Below are positions 1-9,753 of a stretch of DNA of 64,000 nt, in pieces. A program made the position numbers and the translations under genes. The notes under the pieces were generated by a model. The model saw only the letters and a program-made list of their open reading frames with translations, had not been told where the DNA came from and ran no database searches. Numbering within the stretch: position 1 is the first letter of the stretch; every line of letters begins with the position of its first letter. The stretch is from Candidatus Krumholzibacteriota bacterium (GTDB lineage Bacteria; Krumholzibacteriota; Krumholzibacteriia; JAJRXK01): contig CAWDWO010000020.1 in NCBI GenBank assembly GCA_963806035.1, positions 1 through 64,000 of the forward strand, in the 5' to 3' direction.

Positions 1-486
1 GGCGCTGCCCCTGCCCCACACCAGGTGCTCCCATTCTTCACGCGGAGGCATCCAACCCAACTCGCCGCGCAGAAATTCTTCGTTGAGCTTCTTCTCGTCG
101 ACGACGCCATCGTAGCAATCGACGCCGCCCGTCGCCTGGGGCCAGCGATCGCGCAAGGCCGCCACCGTGTCGGTGTGACCGTCGTACCACACGACCGTCT
201 TGTCCTTGGCGGGCACCTTGTCGCCCCTGTCCTCCACCTTCCAGCTCAGATTGCCGAACTCGTCGAAGCCAACATCTTCCGGTCTTTCGACGGCGCCGAT
301 TTCGACGATCTTCTTCTTCAGGTATTCCAGTCGCGGGCCTTCGTGGTTGGACAGTCCGCAGAGAGGATCGCCGCCCTCCTTGGGCGAGCGATCCACGTAA
401 TCGGCTGGAATCCGCACTGCCTCGCGCAAAATTTCCATGGCGATGGGACGATACTGTACGGCGAGTTCACGAATTCTCTGATCCAA
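1..486 (-). CDS. M20-family metallo-hydrolase, YgeY-like (partial, runs off left edge)
   Basis: Hand translation from TTG at 486 (RBS AAGGAG): MDQRIRELAVQYRPIAMEILREAVRIP...DEFGN...WYDGHTDTV...WGRGSA. M20 metal-binding motifs; directly downstream of the ygeW-like gene. Not in the ORF track. Confidence 0.8.
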   Translation of the reverse strand, partial: MDQRIRELAVQYRPIAMEILREAVRIPADYVDRSPKEGGDPLCGLSNHEGPRLEYLKKKIVEIGAVERPEDVGFDEFGNLSWKVEDRGDKVPAKDKTVVWYDGHTDTVAALRDRWPQATGGVDCYDGVVDEKKLNEEFLRGELGWMPPREEWEHLVWGRGSA

Positions 487-497
487 AGTTCTCTCCT

Positions 498-1643
498 TCA
501 ATCGAGTAGTTCCAACAGACGCGCGCGCAGTCGGGGCTGTTTGGCCACCGCGAGGAGCGCCATCATCACGTAGACTTTCTTGTTCGCTTCGCGCGCCACG
601 TCGACCCTGGCCTTCTCCATGACCTTGGGACTTACCTCGGCGCCGATGTCCGCGGGCAGGCAGTGCATGTAGAGGGTGTCCGGCCCTCGTGTCAAGCGCA
701 TCCTCCGTTCATCGCAGATCCACGAAGTGTAGGCGCGGTTTCTCTCGAGCGCTTCCTTCTCGATCTCTTTCATCCTCTGCTGGTCGTTGGCGCGGTTGGC
801 CTGCACGCGCTCCAACATGAGATCGTAGGGACCCCAACTCTTGGGATAGACGACGTCGGCGCCCTCGAAGGCGGCATCCATGTCGTGGCCGACACTGAAG
901 CTTCCTCCGTGTTCCTTCGCGAAACGCTTGCCCGCTTCGAGCATTTCCGGCATGAGCTCGTAGCCCTCCGGATGCGCCAAACGAACGTGCATGCCGAAAC
1001 GGGTCATGAGGGTGATCACACCCTGAGGAACCGAAAGCGGCTTGGCATAGGACGGCGAATAGGCCCAACTCATGGCGATGGTCTTGCCCTGAAGCCCCTC
1101 GGGGAAGCGCTCGCGCAGCCAGGCCAGGTCGGCCAGAGTCTGCGTGGGGTGATCGATGTCGCACTGCAGGTTCACCATGGGCACGACCCGATCGTCGCCG
1201 ATCGCATCGAGGTACTCCACGATGCCGCGGTAGGCGTCGCGCATGAAAGAATTACCTTCGCCGAGAATCAGATCGTGCCTCACTCCCAGAGCGTGCGCGT
1301 TCATTCCCAGCATGGCCCCGGTCTCCGCCGCGGTTTCTCCGTGCGAAACCTGAGTGCTGCCTCCGTCGAGGATCACCGGCCGTGCTCCCAGGCGCGCCGA
1401 AGCCCCTGCCCAGGCGGAGCGCGTACGAGTGGAGGAGTCGAAGAAAAGGGACAGGAAGAGTTCGTTGGGAAAGAGCGGTGTCGCGACGCGCGCCAAATCC
1501 ATCGCCTGAAAGGTATCGACGAGATCGAGCAGGACGGAAATTTCCGGCTGCGACCATTCGCGGGTGAGAAAGAGGGAACGACCCTCCAAGTGCGTGAGAA
1601 TGGACTCGTCGAGTTTCTCGACGAGCTTCCGTGCTTCGATCAT
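498..1643 (-). CDS. ygeW: YgeW-like knotted carbamoyltransferase (ATCase/OTCase superfamily)
   Basis: SSTRT carbamoyl-phosphate motif, HPTQ, HCLP, and the YgeW-type SWAYSPSYAKPLSVPQG. ATG 1643 overlaps the upstream stop (ATGA). Confidence 0.85.
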   Translation of the reverse strand: MIEARKLVEKLDESILTHLEGRSLFLTREWSQPEISVLLDLVDTFQAMDLARVATPLFPNELFLSLFFDSSTRTRSAWAGASARLGARPVILDGGSTQVSHGETAAETGAMLGMNAHALGVRHDLILGEGNSFMRDAYRGIVEYLDAIGDDRVVPMVNLQCDIDHPTQTLADLAWLRERFPEGLQGKTIAMSWAYSPSYAKPLSVPQGVITLMTRFGMHVRLAHPEGYELMPEMLEAGKRFAKEHGGSFSVGHDMDAAFEGADVVYPKSWGPYDLMLERVQANRANDQQRMKEIEKEALERNRAYTSWICDERRMRLTRGPDTLYMHCLPADIGAEVSPKVMEKARVDVAREANKKVYVMMALLAVAKQPRLRARLLELLD

Positions 1644-3637
1644 GTTTGCCTCGCAAGACTCTGAATGTAGTTGGGAGCGTCGCCCTGAAGGGCGGCTTCC
1701 AGTAGCCACTCCATCAGGTGGTAATAGGTCAGATCAATCTGCTTAGGGCCAGCGCCGCTTGCGTGTCGTGGATCCTCTCCTCGCCAACTCAGGTCGAATC
1801 CGCGGCCACGATAGCGCACCCGGTCCCCTTCTCTCTCCAGGAGAAACTCCTGTCCTTGAAAGCGACCCAACACTCTCTCCATGCCGTCCGCTTCCTCCAG
1901 GAAGAACCCGTCGTACTCTTTCCAGCGCCGCCACTGCGTCTCGCTGCCGAAAAAGCGCGGCTTCAGGACGTAGGGTCCACCGTCTTCGGGACAGAAAATG
2001 TCACAGTTGCCGCATTCGTTGCAGAAGTCCGCGAAGTTGGCAATCTGATGCCTCTCATCCAATTCGATCATCGGCGCCTCGCGCAGCTCCCACTTCGTTC
2101 CACGGCGTTCGAGGAACGCGCTCTTGACGCTCCGCGTGCTGCTTCGGAGGATGAAGTTGGCGTCGTTGGGACAAACAGGTAAGCACTTGTCGCAACTGAC
2201 GCAATCGAAGAACTCGAGTTGGCTGCCGATCTTCTTGGGCGTCTTGCGGTTCTTCGCCTGCCGGTAGCGCTCCTCGCCGGAGAGCGAGTCCAGGTAGGCG
2301 TCGGTGTTCACGAGCACCGCCCGCGGGAGATCCTGCTGGATTCTCGCCGAAGCTTCCTCTTGCTGCGATGCTTCGCTCCGCGAGTCTTTGAGATGGCGCG
2401 CTGCTTCGGCCAGGATGAACTCCTCGCGCGTTTTGGCGCCGACCGCATCCATGCGGCTTTGGAGCTGGCGGTAGTAACCCCCCAGCCGGCCGTAGCCGCC
2501 GGTCCTCAGCAGGTCGCTGCACACAGTCACCGGGACCAGTCCCAGGGCGACCGCGTCGGGGAAGTTGAACTTGTCGATGCCGGCGCTGAAGGAGATGGGG
2601 AAGCGCAGCTCGAATTGGCGGCGGAAGCGAGCCACCAGGTGCATGGCCAAAACGTGCAGGGGCGCTCCGGAAAGGTAGACTTCCTTTTCCTCGGGCGGCA
2701 GAAAGCCGGCGGTGTTTTCCACGATGAGGGTGTTGGTGAACTTCGCACCCAGACTCAGATCCAACTCCCGGGCGGTCTCGTCGAGGCTCTCCATGATCTC
2801 GACTGCGCGCTGAAACGGCATGTCCCGTTCGAACGCACTGTCGGGGATGCGAATCTCATCGTATCCCAGTTCATCGTGCAAGAGACCGCGCGCCTGCTCT
2901 GGTCCCAGGAGCATGGGGTTGAACTTGACCACGCAGTGGATCCCCAGCTGTCGCATCAGAAATTCCACGATGGACTCGATTTCCTCGGGCGGACATCCGT
3001 GGAAGGTCGAGAGGGTCAGGGTATCGGAGAGCCGCTCGGGAAAGTCGAGATCCCGCAGAGAGGAAAACTCGGCCGGAATCTGCTTCCGCAGGCGGTTCAC
3101 GACCTCGCGGCAATCGAGCATGCTATTCAGGAAGACCTGGACCCTCTCGCTCTTGATCCCGGCGAGGTCGTAGCCCACGCTCATGTCCCAGATGAGATCG
3201 GTGAACGAGGGAGCGACGTCCAGCTCGCCGCTCTCCTTCAAGATCTGCACCAGCATGGCGCCCTTGACGTACTCCTCGAGCGAGGCCTCCAGTTTGAGCT
3301 CCTGCGACCATTCCGCGTTATAGCCCACGTTGCGCATGTCGATGCAGGGTCGCGGGATCTGCAATTCGTCCTGAATCTGTACCGTCTTGAGTTCGAAAAA
3401 CCGCGAGCCGCCCAGCCAGGACAGGACGAGGTTCTGCGCCATCTGGGTGTGGGGACCGGCGGCCGGACCCAAGGGCGACGCGATCCGATGGCCGGCAAAG
3501 TTAGCGGACAAATCGTAGCTCTCGTTGCCGGTATGGAATTTCGCGCGCGGCAAGTCGAAGATACGGTCGTAGGTCCGCAATTCGTGAAAAGCGCGCCGTA
3601 TGAGCGCCGCGAAGGGATAGGGCACCAATTCCGCCAT
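1640..3637 (-). CDS. YgfK-like oxidoreductase, short form (DHOD-like barrel + 2x[4Fe-4S] domain)
   Basis: GPAAGPHTQMAQN, ELKTVQ, PRPCID, TLSTFHGCPP (YgfK N-terminal motifs); CVSCDKCLPVCPN and CNECGNCDIFCP ferredoxin motifs. Confidence 0.8.
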   Translation of the reverse strand: MAELVPYPFAALIRRAFHELRTYDRIFDLPRAKFHTGNESYDLSANFAGHRIASPLGPAAGPHTQMAQNLVLSWLGGSRFFELKTVQIQDELQIPRPCIDMRNVGYNAEWSQELKLEASLEEYVKGAMLVQILKESGELDVAPSFTDLIWDMSVGYDLAGIKSERVQVFLNSMLDCREVVNRLRKQIPAEFSSLRDLDFPERLSDTLTLSTFHGCPPEEIESIVEFLMRQLGIHCVVKFNPMLLGPEQARGLLHDELGYDEIRIPDSAFERDMPFQRAVEIMESLDETARELDLSLGAKFTNTLIVENTAGFLPPEEKEVYLSGAPLHVLAMHLVARFRRQFELRFPISFSAGIDKFNFPDAVALGLVPVTVCSDLLRTGGYGRLGGYYRQLQSRMDAVGAKTREEFILAEAARHLKDSRSEASQQEEASARIQQDLPRAVLVNTDAYLDSLSGEERYRQAKNRKTPKKIGSQLEFFDCVSCDKCLPVCPNDANFILRSSTRSVKSAFLERRGTKWELREAPMIELDERHQIANFADFCNECGNCDIFCPEDGGPYVLKPRFFGSETQWRRWKEYDGFFLEEADGMERVLGRFQGQEFLLEREGDRVRYRGRGFDLSWRGEDPRHASGAGPKQIDLTYYHLMEWLLEAALQGDAPNYIQSLARQT

Positions 3638-3912
3638 TGAACGTTGAACCTTTGGCAATGGATGAAGAAGATACAGTCTAGGTCCTTGTCGCCCGCAGCT
3701 CAAGTCCGCTGCCACGGACTCGGGGCGACACCCTACTGGCGATCGATTCGACGCGGTGCTCCCGATCGAGGCGTTTTGGCGTTCCTTTTTCCACGGGAAT
3801 GCTTGATTGGAGTCGAAGCTTGCGTATCCTTCGGGAGGAGCTTTGGGAGGACGATTTCCGCCGGCCTCGGCGATCGGACTCCGGGCTCGACCCCCCTCAA
3901 CCGAGGCGCCGC

Positions 3913-4656
3913 ATGCGCATCCACCTCTTCGTTCCCTGCTTCGTGGATCATTTCTCTCCCGAGGTCGCCTGGGCCTGCGCGCGAATTCTGCAACGCCTGG
4001 GGCACGAGATCATCGTGCCCGAGACCCAGACCTGCTGTGGGCAACCCGGTTACAACAGTGGCTATCTCGAGGAGAGCGTCGACGTCGCCCGGCAATGGTT
4101 GAGTTCCTTCGCCGAAGCGGAAGCGGTGGTCGGGAGTTCGGGTTCGTGCGTGGCGTTCGTACGAAACCACTACCCCGCGTTCTTCGCCGACACCCCTTTC
4201 GAGGCGGAAGCCGTCGAGCTGGCCCAGCGCACCTGGGAACTGAGTTCCTTTTTGGTGGACGTGCTGGGCATCGACGATCTGGGAGCTCGCTATGAAGGCA
4301 AGGCAACCTTTCACGACGGTTGTCACGGCCTGCGTGAGTTGGGCCTGGGTAAGCAGGCGCGACAACTGCTTGCGAAGGTCGACGGCCTCGAATTGGTCGA
4401 GATGAACCGGACCGATCTGTGCTGCGGATTCGGAGGCTCCTTTTCGGTGAAGCTTCCCGAACTCTCGGTGGCGATGGCCGACGCCAAATTACAGCAGATC
4501 GAAGCCACCGGAGCCAATCTTCTCATCTCGACCGAACCCACCTGTCTCAGCCAGCTCATCACCCGCGCGAAGCGGCGCGGACTGGGGCTGCGCTCGGTCC
4601 ATTTGGCCACGGTACTCGACCACGGGGTCGACGAGAGGCGGGACGGCAGACGATGA
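3913..4656 (+). CDS. lutA: Lactate utilisation protein A (CCG-domain Fe-S protein, LutA/YkgE)
   Basis: MRIHLFVPCFVD, QTCCGQP, SGSC, HDGCH, CCGFGGSFSVK; first gene of a coupled three-gene set. Confidence 0.9.
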   Translation: MRIHLFVPCFVDHFSPEVAWACARILQRLGHEIIVPETQTCCGQPGYNSGYLEESVDVARQWLSSFAEAEAVVGSSGSCVAFVRNHYPAFFADTPFEAEAVELAQRTWELSSFLVDVLGIDDLGARYEGKATFHDGCHGLRELGLGKQARQLLAKVDGLELVEMNRTDLCCGFGGSFSVKLPELSVAMADAKLQQIEATGANLLISTEPTCLSQLITRAKRRGLGLRSVHLATVLDHGVDERRDGRR

Positions 4657-6047
4657 GCTTGACCGCACTACGTGAACGACTGGTATCGGCCCTGGCGGAT
4701 CCGGCTCTCTCTCTACCCTATGAGAAGGCGACCGCCCACGCGCGCGCCAAGCGAGCCCAAGCCGTGGTCGAGCTTCCCGACTTCGAGGAGCAACGCACCC
4801 TCGCGGCGCGCGCCCGCCGCGATTCAGTCGAAAATCTGCAGGAACTGATTCATCTCTTCGAAGAGCGCTTCACCAAAGACGGTGGACACGTCCACCGGGC
4901 GCACGATTCCGCGGCGGCGCGTGAATGTGTCACGCGGATTCTCCACGACTATCAGGCGCGCAGTGTGGTGAAGGGAAAGTCGATGTTGAGCGAGGAGATC
5001 GGACTCAACGAGCATCTCCTGGCCGGCGGATACGAAGTCTACGAGAGCGATCTTGGCGAGTTCATCGTGCAACTCGCGGGACATCGCCCCAGTCACATTA
5101 CCGCTCCCGCCCTTCATCTGAGCCGCGTGGACATCGCGCGACTCTTTCATGAGAAACTCGGCGTCGAGTACACCGAGGATCCGGTAGAGCTCACGAAAAT
5201 CGCCCGGGTAGCTCTGCGCGAGCGCTTCCTCGCGGCCGACGCGGGGATCACCGGCGCGAATTTCCTCGTCGCGGACACCGGGCAGATCGTCCTGCTGGAG
5301 AACGAGGCCAACATCCGCATGAGCGTGACTCTGCCCAGAGTTCACATCGCGGTGGTGGGGCTGGAAAAGGTCATTCGATCCAGCGCCGACCTCGGTCCCC
5401 TGTTGAGCGTGCTGGCGCGCAGCGCCACCGGACAGAAAATGGGAGCCTACACCTCCATTCTGGGTGCGGACGGTTCACCGCCGCGCCACGTGGTCCTGGT
5501 GGACAACGGTCGCAGCACGCTCGCACAGAACACCGTTCGCAGCGAGATTCTGAGCTGCATTCGCTGCGGCGCGTGCCTGAACGTGTGCCCGGTCTACGAG
5601 CGCATCGGCGGCCACGCCTATGATTCCGCCTACAGCGGACCCATCGGCGCGCTGCTGGGCCCACACCATCTGGGTACCGATCACGGACAGGACCTGCCCT
5701 TCGCCAGCAGTTTGTGCGGCGCGTGCAGCGAAGTCTGCCCGGTGAAGATCGACATCGCCAATCTCCTTCAATCCGAACGGCAGCGATACGTAGAAACCAG
5801 CGGCGCTTCCGTCGCCGAACGCTTCGGCTGGTGGGCCTGGTCGAAAGTCATGACCCGGCCGAGGCTCTATCGCATCCTGGCTCGGGTGGCGCGAGGGATC
5901 ATGCAAGGTCCCGGACTGGGCCGGGGAGGAAATACTGCGATGGGGGCCTGGGCCCAGGGTCGCGAACTTCCCGAACCAGCCCCGACCTCCTTCGTGCACC
6001 AGTGGAGCCGTTCCGGGGGCCAAACTTCGCGGGGGAAGCGCCTATGA
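4653..6047 (+). CDS. lutB: Lactate utilisation protein B (LutB/YkgF, LUD domain + 4Fe-4S)
   Basis: KGKSMLSEE, ESDLGEFIVQL, PSHITAPA, CIRCGACLNVCPVY, SSLCGACSEVCPVKI; ATGA overlap with lutA. Confidence 0.9.
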   Translation: MSLTALRERLVSALADPALSLPYEKATAHARAKRAQAVVELPDFEEQRTLAARARRDSVENLQELIHLFEERFTKDGGHVHRAHDSAAARECVTRILHDYQARSVVKGKSMLSEEIGLNEHLLAGGYEVYESDLGEFIVQLAGHRPSHITAPALHLSRVDIARLFHEKLGVEYTEDPVELTKIARVALRERFLAADAGITGANFLVADTGQIVLLENEANIRMSVTLPRVHIAVVGLEKVIRSSADLGPLLSVLARSATGQKMGAYTSILGADGSPPRHVVLVDNGRSTLAQNTVRSEILSCIRCGACLNVCPVYERIGGHAYDSAYSGPIGALLGPHHLGTDHGQDLPFASSLCGACSEVCPVKIDIANLLQSERQRYVETSGASVAERFGWWAWSKVMTRPRLYRILARVARGIMQGPGLGRGGNTAMGAWAQGRELPEPAPTSFVHQWSRSGGQTSRGKRL

Positions 6048-6081
6048 AGCTCCATGCGCGAAGCGGCGGATCGAGGCGGTC

Positions 6082-6747
6082 ATGACTCTGGTCGAGCGCT
6101 TTTGTCACGAGATGCAGCCGCTGCTGGAGACCAAGGACAGTGTCCATGGCGCAGTCCAGGTGTGCGGAAGCTATGCGGAGGCCGGCCACCAGGTGGCGCA
6201 ATTGCTTCACCGTGAAAAACTGCGGCGCGTCATCGCCGCCGCGCGCGAGGAACTCGACCCCGCGGTTGAAGCTTTGCGCGGCGCCCTGCGCGAACTCGAA
6301 GCGGGCGGCGCCGAGCGCGACACGGTCCAGCTCGATCGCGAAACTCCGACCCAGAAGAAACTCGGAGATTCCTCGCGGACTTTTCGCGAGTACGCGCACT
6401 ACGAGGCTGGCATCGGCGGCGCGGATGTCCTCATCGCCGAATCCGCTACCATCGGCCTTCGCATGGGACCCTACGAATCTCGCGCGATCTCGCTCTTGCC
6501 TCCCACCCACATCGTCATCGCCTCCACCGCCAAGCTGGTGGAACGCATCCACGACGCCCTGGCGAGTCCCTTCACGCACTTGAACCAAAAAGGGGATTGG
6601 GGTCGCGAAGAAAGCACCAGGGCCGGCGTCTCTCCCACCCTCACGCTCATCACGGGACCCAGCCGCACCGCGGACATCGAGAAAATTCTCGTGCTTCCCG
6701 CGCACGGGCCTGCACAGCTTTATGTGTGGCTCGTCGATGAGGGGTAG
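6082..6747 (+). CDS. lutC: Lactate utilisation protein C (LutC/YkgG, LUD domain)
   Basis: SLLPPTHI and LITGPSRTADIEKILVLPAHGP motifs. Confidence 0.88.
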   Translation: MTLVERFCHEMQPLLETKDSVHGAVQVCGSYAEAGHQVAQLLHREKLRRVIAAAREELDPAVEALRGALRELEAGGAERDTVQLDRETPTQKKLGDSSRTFREYAHYEAGIGGADVLIAESATIGLRMGPYESRAISLLPPTHIVIASTAKLVERIHDALASPFTHLNQKGDWGREESTRAGVSPTLTLITGPSRTADIEKILVLPAHGPAQLYVWLVDEG

Positions 6748-6784
6748 CGCGAGGGGTCCACAGGTCGCCCCTCTCTGACAAGAC

Positions 6785-7603
6785 TCAGGCGACCGCCAGT
6801 TGAACCGTTTCGCGCCCGTTGCACAGGTTGTGCTCACGCGCCAACTCTGCGAAGCGCTGCAAACCGGCCAGTTCGTGTTCCGCCATGTCATAGCAGATGG
6901 AATGCGACCAGTAGTCCATCAACTCCTGGATCCCGTGTCCGCTGCGCCGCGAATGTTCAGTGGCAAGCTCCTCGAGTTTCGAAAAGCCCTCCTGCTTGGC
7001 GGTCTTCAAGATCGAAAGAAGGAGTGCGCGGCGTTCCCGTGATTCGTCACGCGAGTAGGCCGGAGAGAGAACCCACACCGCGAACACGAAAGGCAGTTGC
7101 GTGAGCTCGTACCACATGGCGCCCAGGTCGTATTCGTAGATCCGGCTCGCATCCACTTTCATGGCGCGATCTCCGATGATCAGGGCCGTGTCGTGTTCGC
7201 AGAAGGGATCTTCGGGGCGCGGCGTCACCGTGTGCAGGTCGGGCTGGCGATCGAAGAGTTCCGCCAAGATGATCCTCAGAAGAGCCACGCTGCTGCGACT
7301 GCCTCGATCGACCGCAATCGTCTCCGCCTCGTCCAAAGGCACTTTGGAAAAGACCTTCACGCTGTGCACCGGACCCTTGGCTCCGATGCAGATGCCGGGC
7401 ACGATGTCCCCGCCCACGCCGCGCAAATACTCGATGACGGGAATCATCCCCACGTCGACTTGACCATCATAAAGACGGTCCGCCAGACGACTGGGAACCT
7501 CGCGCGAGAGCAGGACGTCGTCGCGTTCATCGAGACCGTAGATGAGCGGCACCGTGTTCAAGAAAGAGACCGCTCCGACTCGATGGACAATGGATGAATT
7601 CAT
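6785..7603 (-). CDS. mqnA: Chorismate dehydratase (futalosine pathway)
   Basis: VGAVSFLNTVPL, SRSSVALL, ALIIGDRA, YDLGAMWYELTQLPFVFAVW. Confidence 0.9.
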   Translation of the reverse strand: MNSSIVHRVGAVSFLNTVPLIYGLDERDDVLLSREVPSRLADRLYDGQVDVGMIPVIEYLRGVGGDIVPGICIGAKGPVHSVKVFSKVPLDEAETIAVDRGSRSSVALLRIILAELFDRQPDLHTVTPRPEDPFCEHDTALIIGDRAMKVDASRIYEYDLGAMWYELTQLPFVFAVWVLSPAYSRDESRERRALLLSILKTAKQEGFSKLEELATEHSRRSGHGIQELMDYWSHSICYDMAEHELAGLQRFAELAREHNLCNGRETVQLAVA

Positions 7604-8700
7604 GCTTCGTCACTCTCCCGGGGAAATTCCTCAAAGATGCCGTTGCGCAAAACGGGCTCGTAGCCGGCCTCGTTCAACCAGGCTTCGATCTCGTCCAGAT
7701 TCATGTCGAAGGTATCGGCGGTTTCGCGGGGGGTTCGCTTGCCGTCGAAGAGATGGCCCTCGAGATCGTCCACTCCACTCGCCAGAGTGAGATGTGCCAT
7801 CTTCAGATCGCTGCATGCATAGAGCATGCGCAGATGCTCGATCCCGCTGGGGCAAACACGACTGAGCGCGAAAACCTGCAGATCCTGACGACCCTGGGTG
7901 AGCGCGGCACTCGCGCCGCCCTCTGGTCGCTTGGGATCGTGGATCACCGGAGCCAGCGAGTTGAACACCCCGCACTCGTGCTGCACGCGCGCGATGGCTT
8001 CCAGCTGATCGATCACCGAGCCCGGGTCGTGAGCGGGACCGAATAGCACGCTGGCATTTCCTCTGAGTCCTGCCTCTCCCGCGGCCCGCCAAAAGGAAGT
8101 CCAACTCCTCGCGGCCGCCTCGCCGTGAGCGGGATGGTTCCGGGGCCGCACGCCGTCGGAGACGAGCCTCAGCCCGGCGGCGCGAGCTTCGCCCAGAACA
8201 CTCGCGTCCGCCCCCGCATCGATCCACAGGTCGGCGTCGCCCAGCTGGAAAGTCGGGAGCACGCGCGCGCCCGCGGCGCTATTCCCGTTCGAACGCGAGC
8301 TCCCCAGTTCGGCGAGCGCGCTGGCACAGGCGCGGGCGTATTCGACGAGCTGCGCGCTCGAAATTCCTCTCTTCAGGATGATCTGATAGTCACCGGCCGC
8401 GGGATGGGCTCGCTCGAGCAGGGCCGTGCCCAGCTCGTGCGGCGTGCCGCCGGGAAGGCTCGCGTCGGGCGAATCTGCGAGCTCGATGCCGCTCAGAGGG
8501 CTAAAACGCTCGCCCGCGCCCCAGTTCAGGCTTCGAAGCAGCACGTATCGCGTGAGACGGCCGTGCAGCTTGCGGCGCTGCGCGTCCGCGCGCGCGACCA
8601 GGGCCAGAGGATCCGCTCCATCCAGGGCGCTCAGCAGGCTCTTCTTGTTCAAAATTACGTTCACTGCCAGATCCTCATGTCGACCCGCAGAGTAGTCCAT
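7600..8700 (-). CDS. MqnE/MqnC (CofH)-like protein lacking the radical-SAM CxxxCxxC motif
   Basis: ADAQRRKLHG N-terminus, AGLRGNASVLFG, IEHLR, LASGVDDLEG and AGYEPVLRN C-terminus match the MqnE/CofH layout; coupled to mqnA; no cysteine triad. Confidence 0.65.
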   Translation of the reverse strand: MDYSAGRHEDLAVNVILNKKSLLSALDGADPLALVARADAQRRKLHGRLTRYVLLRSLNWGAGERFSPLSGIELADSPDASLPGGTPHELGTALLERAHPAAGDYQIILKRGISSAQLVEYARACASALAELGSSRSNGNSAAGARVLPTFQLGDADLWIDAGADASVLGEARAAGLRLVSDGVRPRNHPAHGEAAARSWTSFWRAAGEAGLRGNASVLFGPAHDPGSVIDQLEAIARVQHECGVFNSLAPVIHDPKRPEGGASAALTQGRQDLQVFALSRVCPSGIEHLRMLYACSDLKMAHLTLASGVDDLEGHLFDGKRTPRETADTFDMNLDEIEAWLNEAGYEPVLRNGIFEEFPRESDEA

Positions 8701-8724
8701 CGCGCCCTGGCGCGCCAGAACTGC

Positions 8725-9591
8725 TCAGTGCAGGTAGATCTCACCCAGTACGAAGACGAAGAGAGTGATGCCCACCCAGGAATTTACCTGGAAGAAGGCC
8801 TTGTCGATATTCTGCAGATCTCCGCGGCGGACGAGCCAGTGCTCGTAGAAGAGGAGGAGCGCGGTGGCGAAAATGCCCAGCGACCAGAGCATCCCCAGCT
8901 CTTCCACTCGACCCGCGATCAGAAGGCAGAGGACGCTCCCGGCATGAGAGAGGCGCGCCAAGAGAAGAGCGCGCTGATCGCCCAGGGCCGCACTCATGCT
9001 GTGCAGGCCCTCACTGCGATCGAAGCGGGTGTCCTGGCAGGCGTAGATCATGTCGAATCCGGCCACCCAGAGAATCACGGCTCCCCCCAACCACAGCGGA
9101 AAGCTCGCGAAGCTTCCCCGTACCGCGAGCCACGCTCCGACCGGCGCGATGGCCAGCGCCAGCCCCAAAAGAAAGTGCGTGAGCGCGGTGAAGCGCTTGG
9201 CGAGCGAGTAGAAGAAGATGATGGCGAGAGCCAGCGGAGAGAGGCGCAGGCACAGGGGATTGAGTTGCCAGGCAGCGATGACCAAGAGGCCCGCCATCAC
9301 CGCGGTGAAAATCCACACCGGACCGCGGCTGAGCTGGCCGCTGGGCAGCTCGCGCGAACGCGTCCGGGGGTTGCGCGCATCGATGGCGTGGTCCACCAGA
9401 CGGTTGAAAGCCATGGCCGCGCTGCGCGCTCCCACCATGGCGACCACGATCCACCCCACCACGTGTGCCGAGGGGCGCCCGTCACTGGCCACCAGCATGG
9501 AGATCAGAGCAAAGGGAAAAGCAAAGATCGTGTGCTCGATCTTGATGGCACGCAGGGTCTTGGCAAGAGCGTTGGACAAAACTGAACTCAC
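8725..9591 (-). CDS. UbiA-family prenyltransferase (MqnP-type); start uncertain
   Basis: IKIEHTIFAFPFA, ARSAAMAFNRLVDHAIDARNPRT, YSLAKRFT, GFDMIYACQD; multiple TM helices. Confidence 0.9.
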   Translation of the reverse strand: MSSVLSNALAKTLRAIKIEHTIFAFPFALISMLVASDGRPSAHVVGWIVVAMVGARSAAMAFNRLVDHAIDARNPRTRSRELPSGQLSRGPVWIFTAVMAGLLVIAAWQLNPLCLRLSPLALAIIFFYSLAKRFTALTHFLLGLALAIAPVGAWLAVRGSFASFPLWLGGAVILWVAGFDMIYACQDTRFDRSEGLHSMSAALGDQRALLLARLSHAGSVLCLLIAGRVEELGMLWSLGIFATALLLFYEHWLVRRGDLQNIDKAFFQVNSWVGITLFVFVLGEIYLH

Positions 9592-9753
9592 TAAGGGGCC
9601 GGCGGCGGGCCTGCGAGAAGCTCCCCGCGCTCGACCCCTCGGCCGCCCCCCGATCGAATCCTTGCTAAGATGAGGAAGGCCCGACTGTAGTGGATTGGTC
9701 GCGGGTTTCACAACACCCTAAATTGAGCAGAGCACAAGCCCTGGAGATCCACG

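Noticed and set aside
25..573. 182-aa plus-strand ORF at the left edge
   Set aside because: Antisense to the M20/YgeY-like gene, which has recognisable motifs and an RBS.
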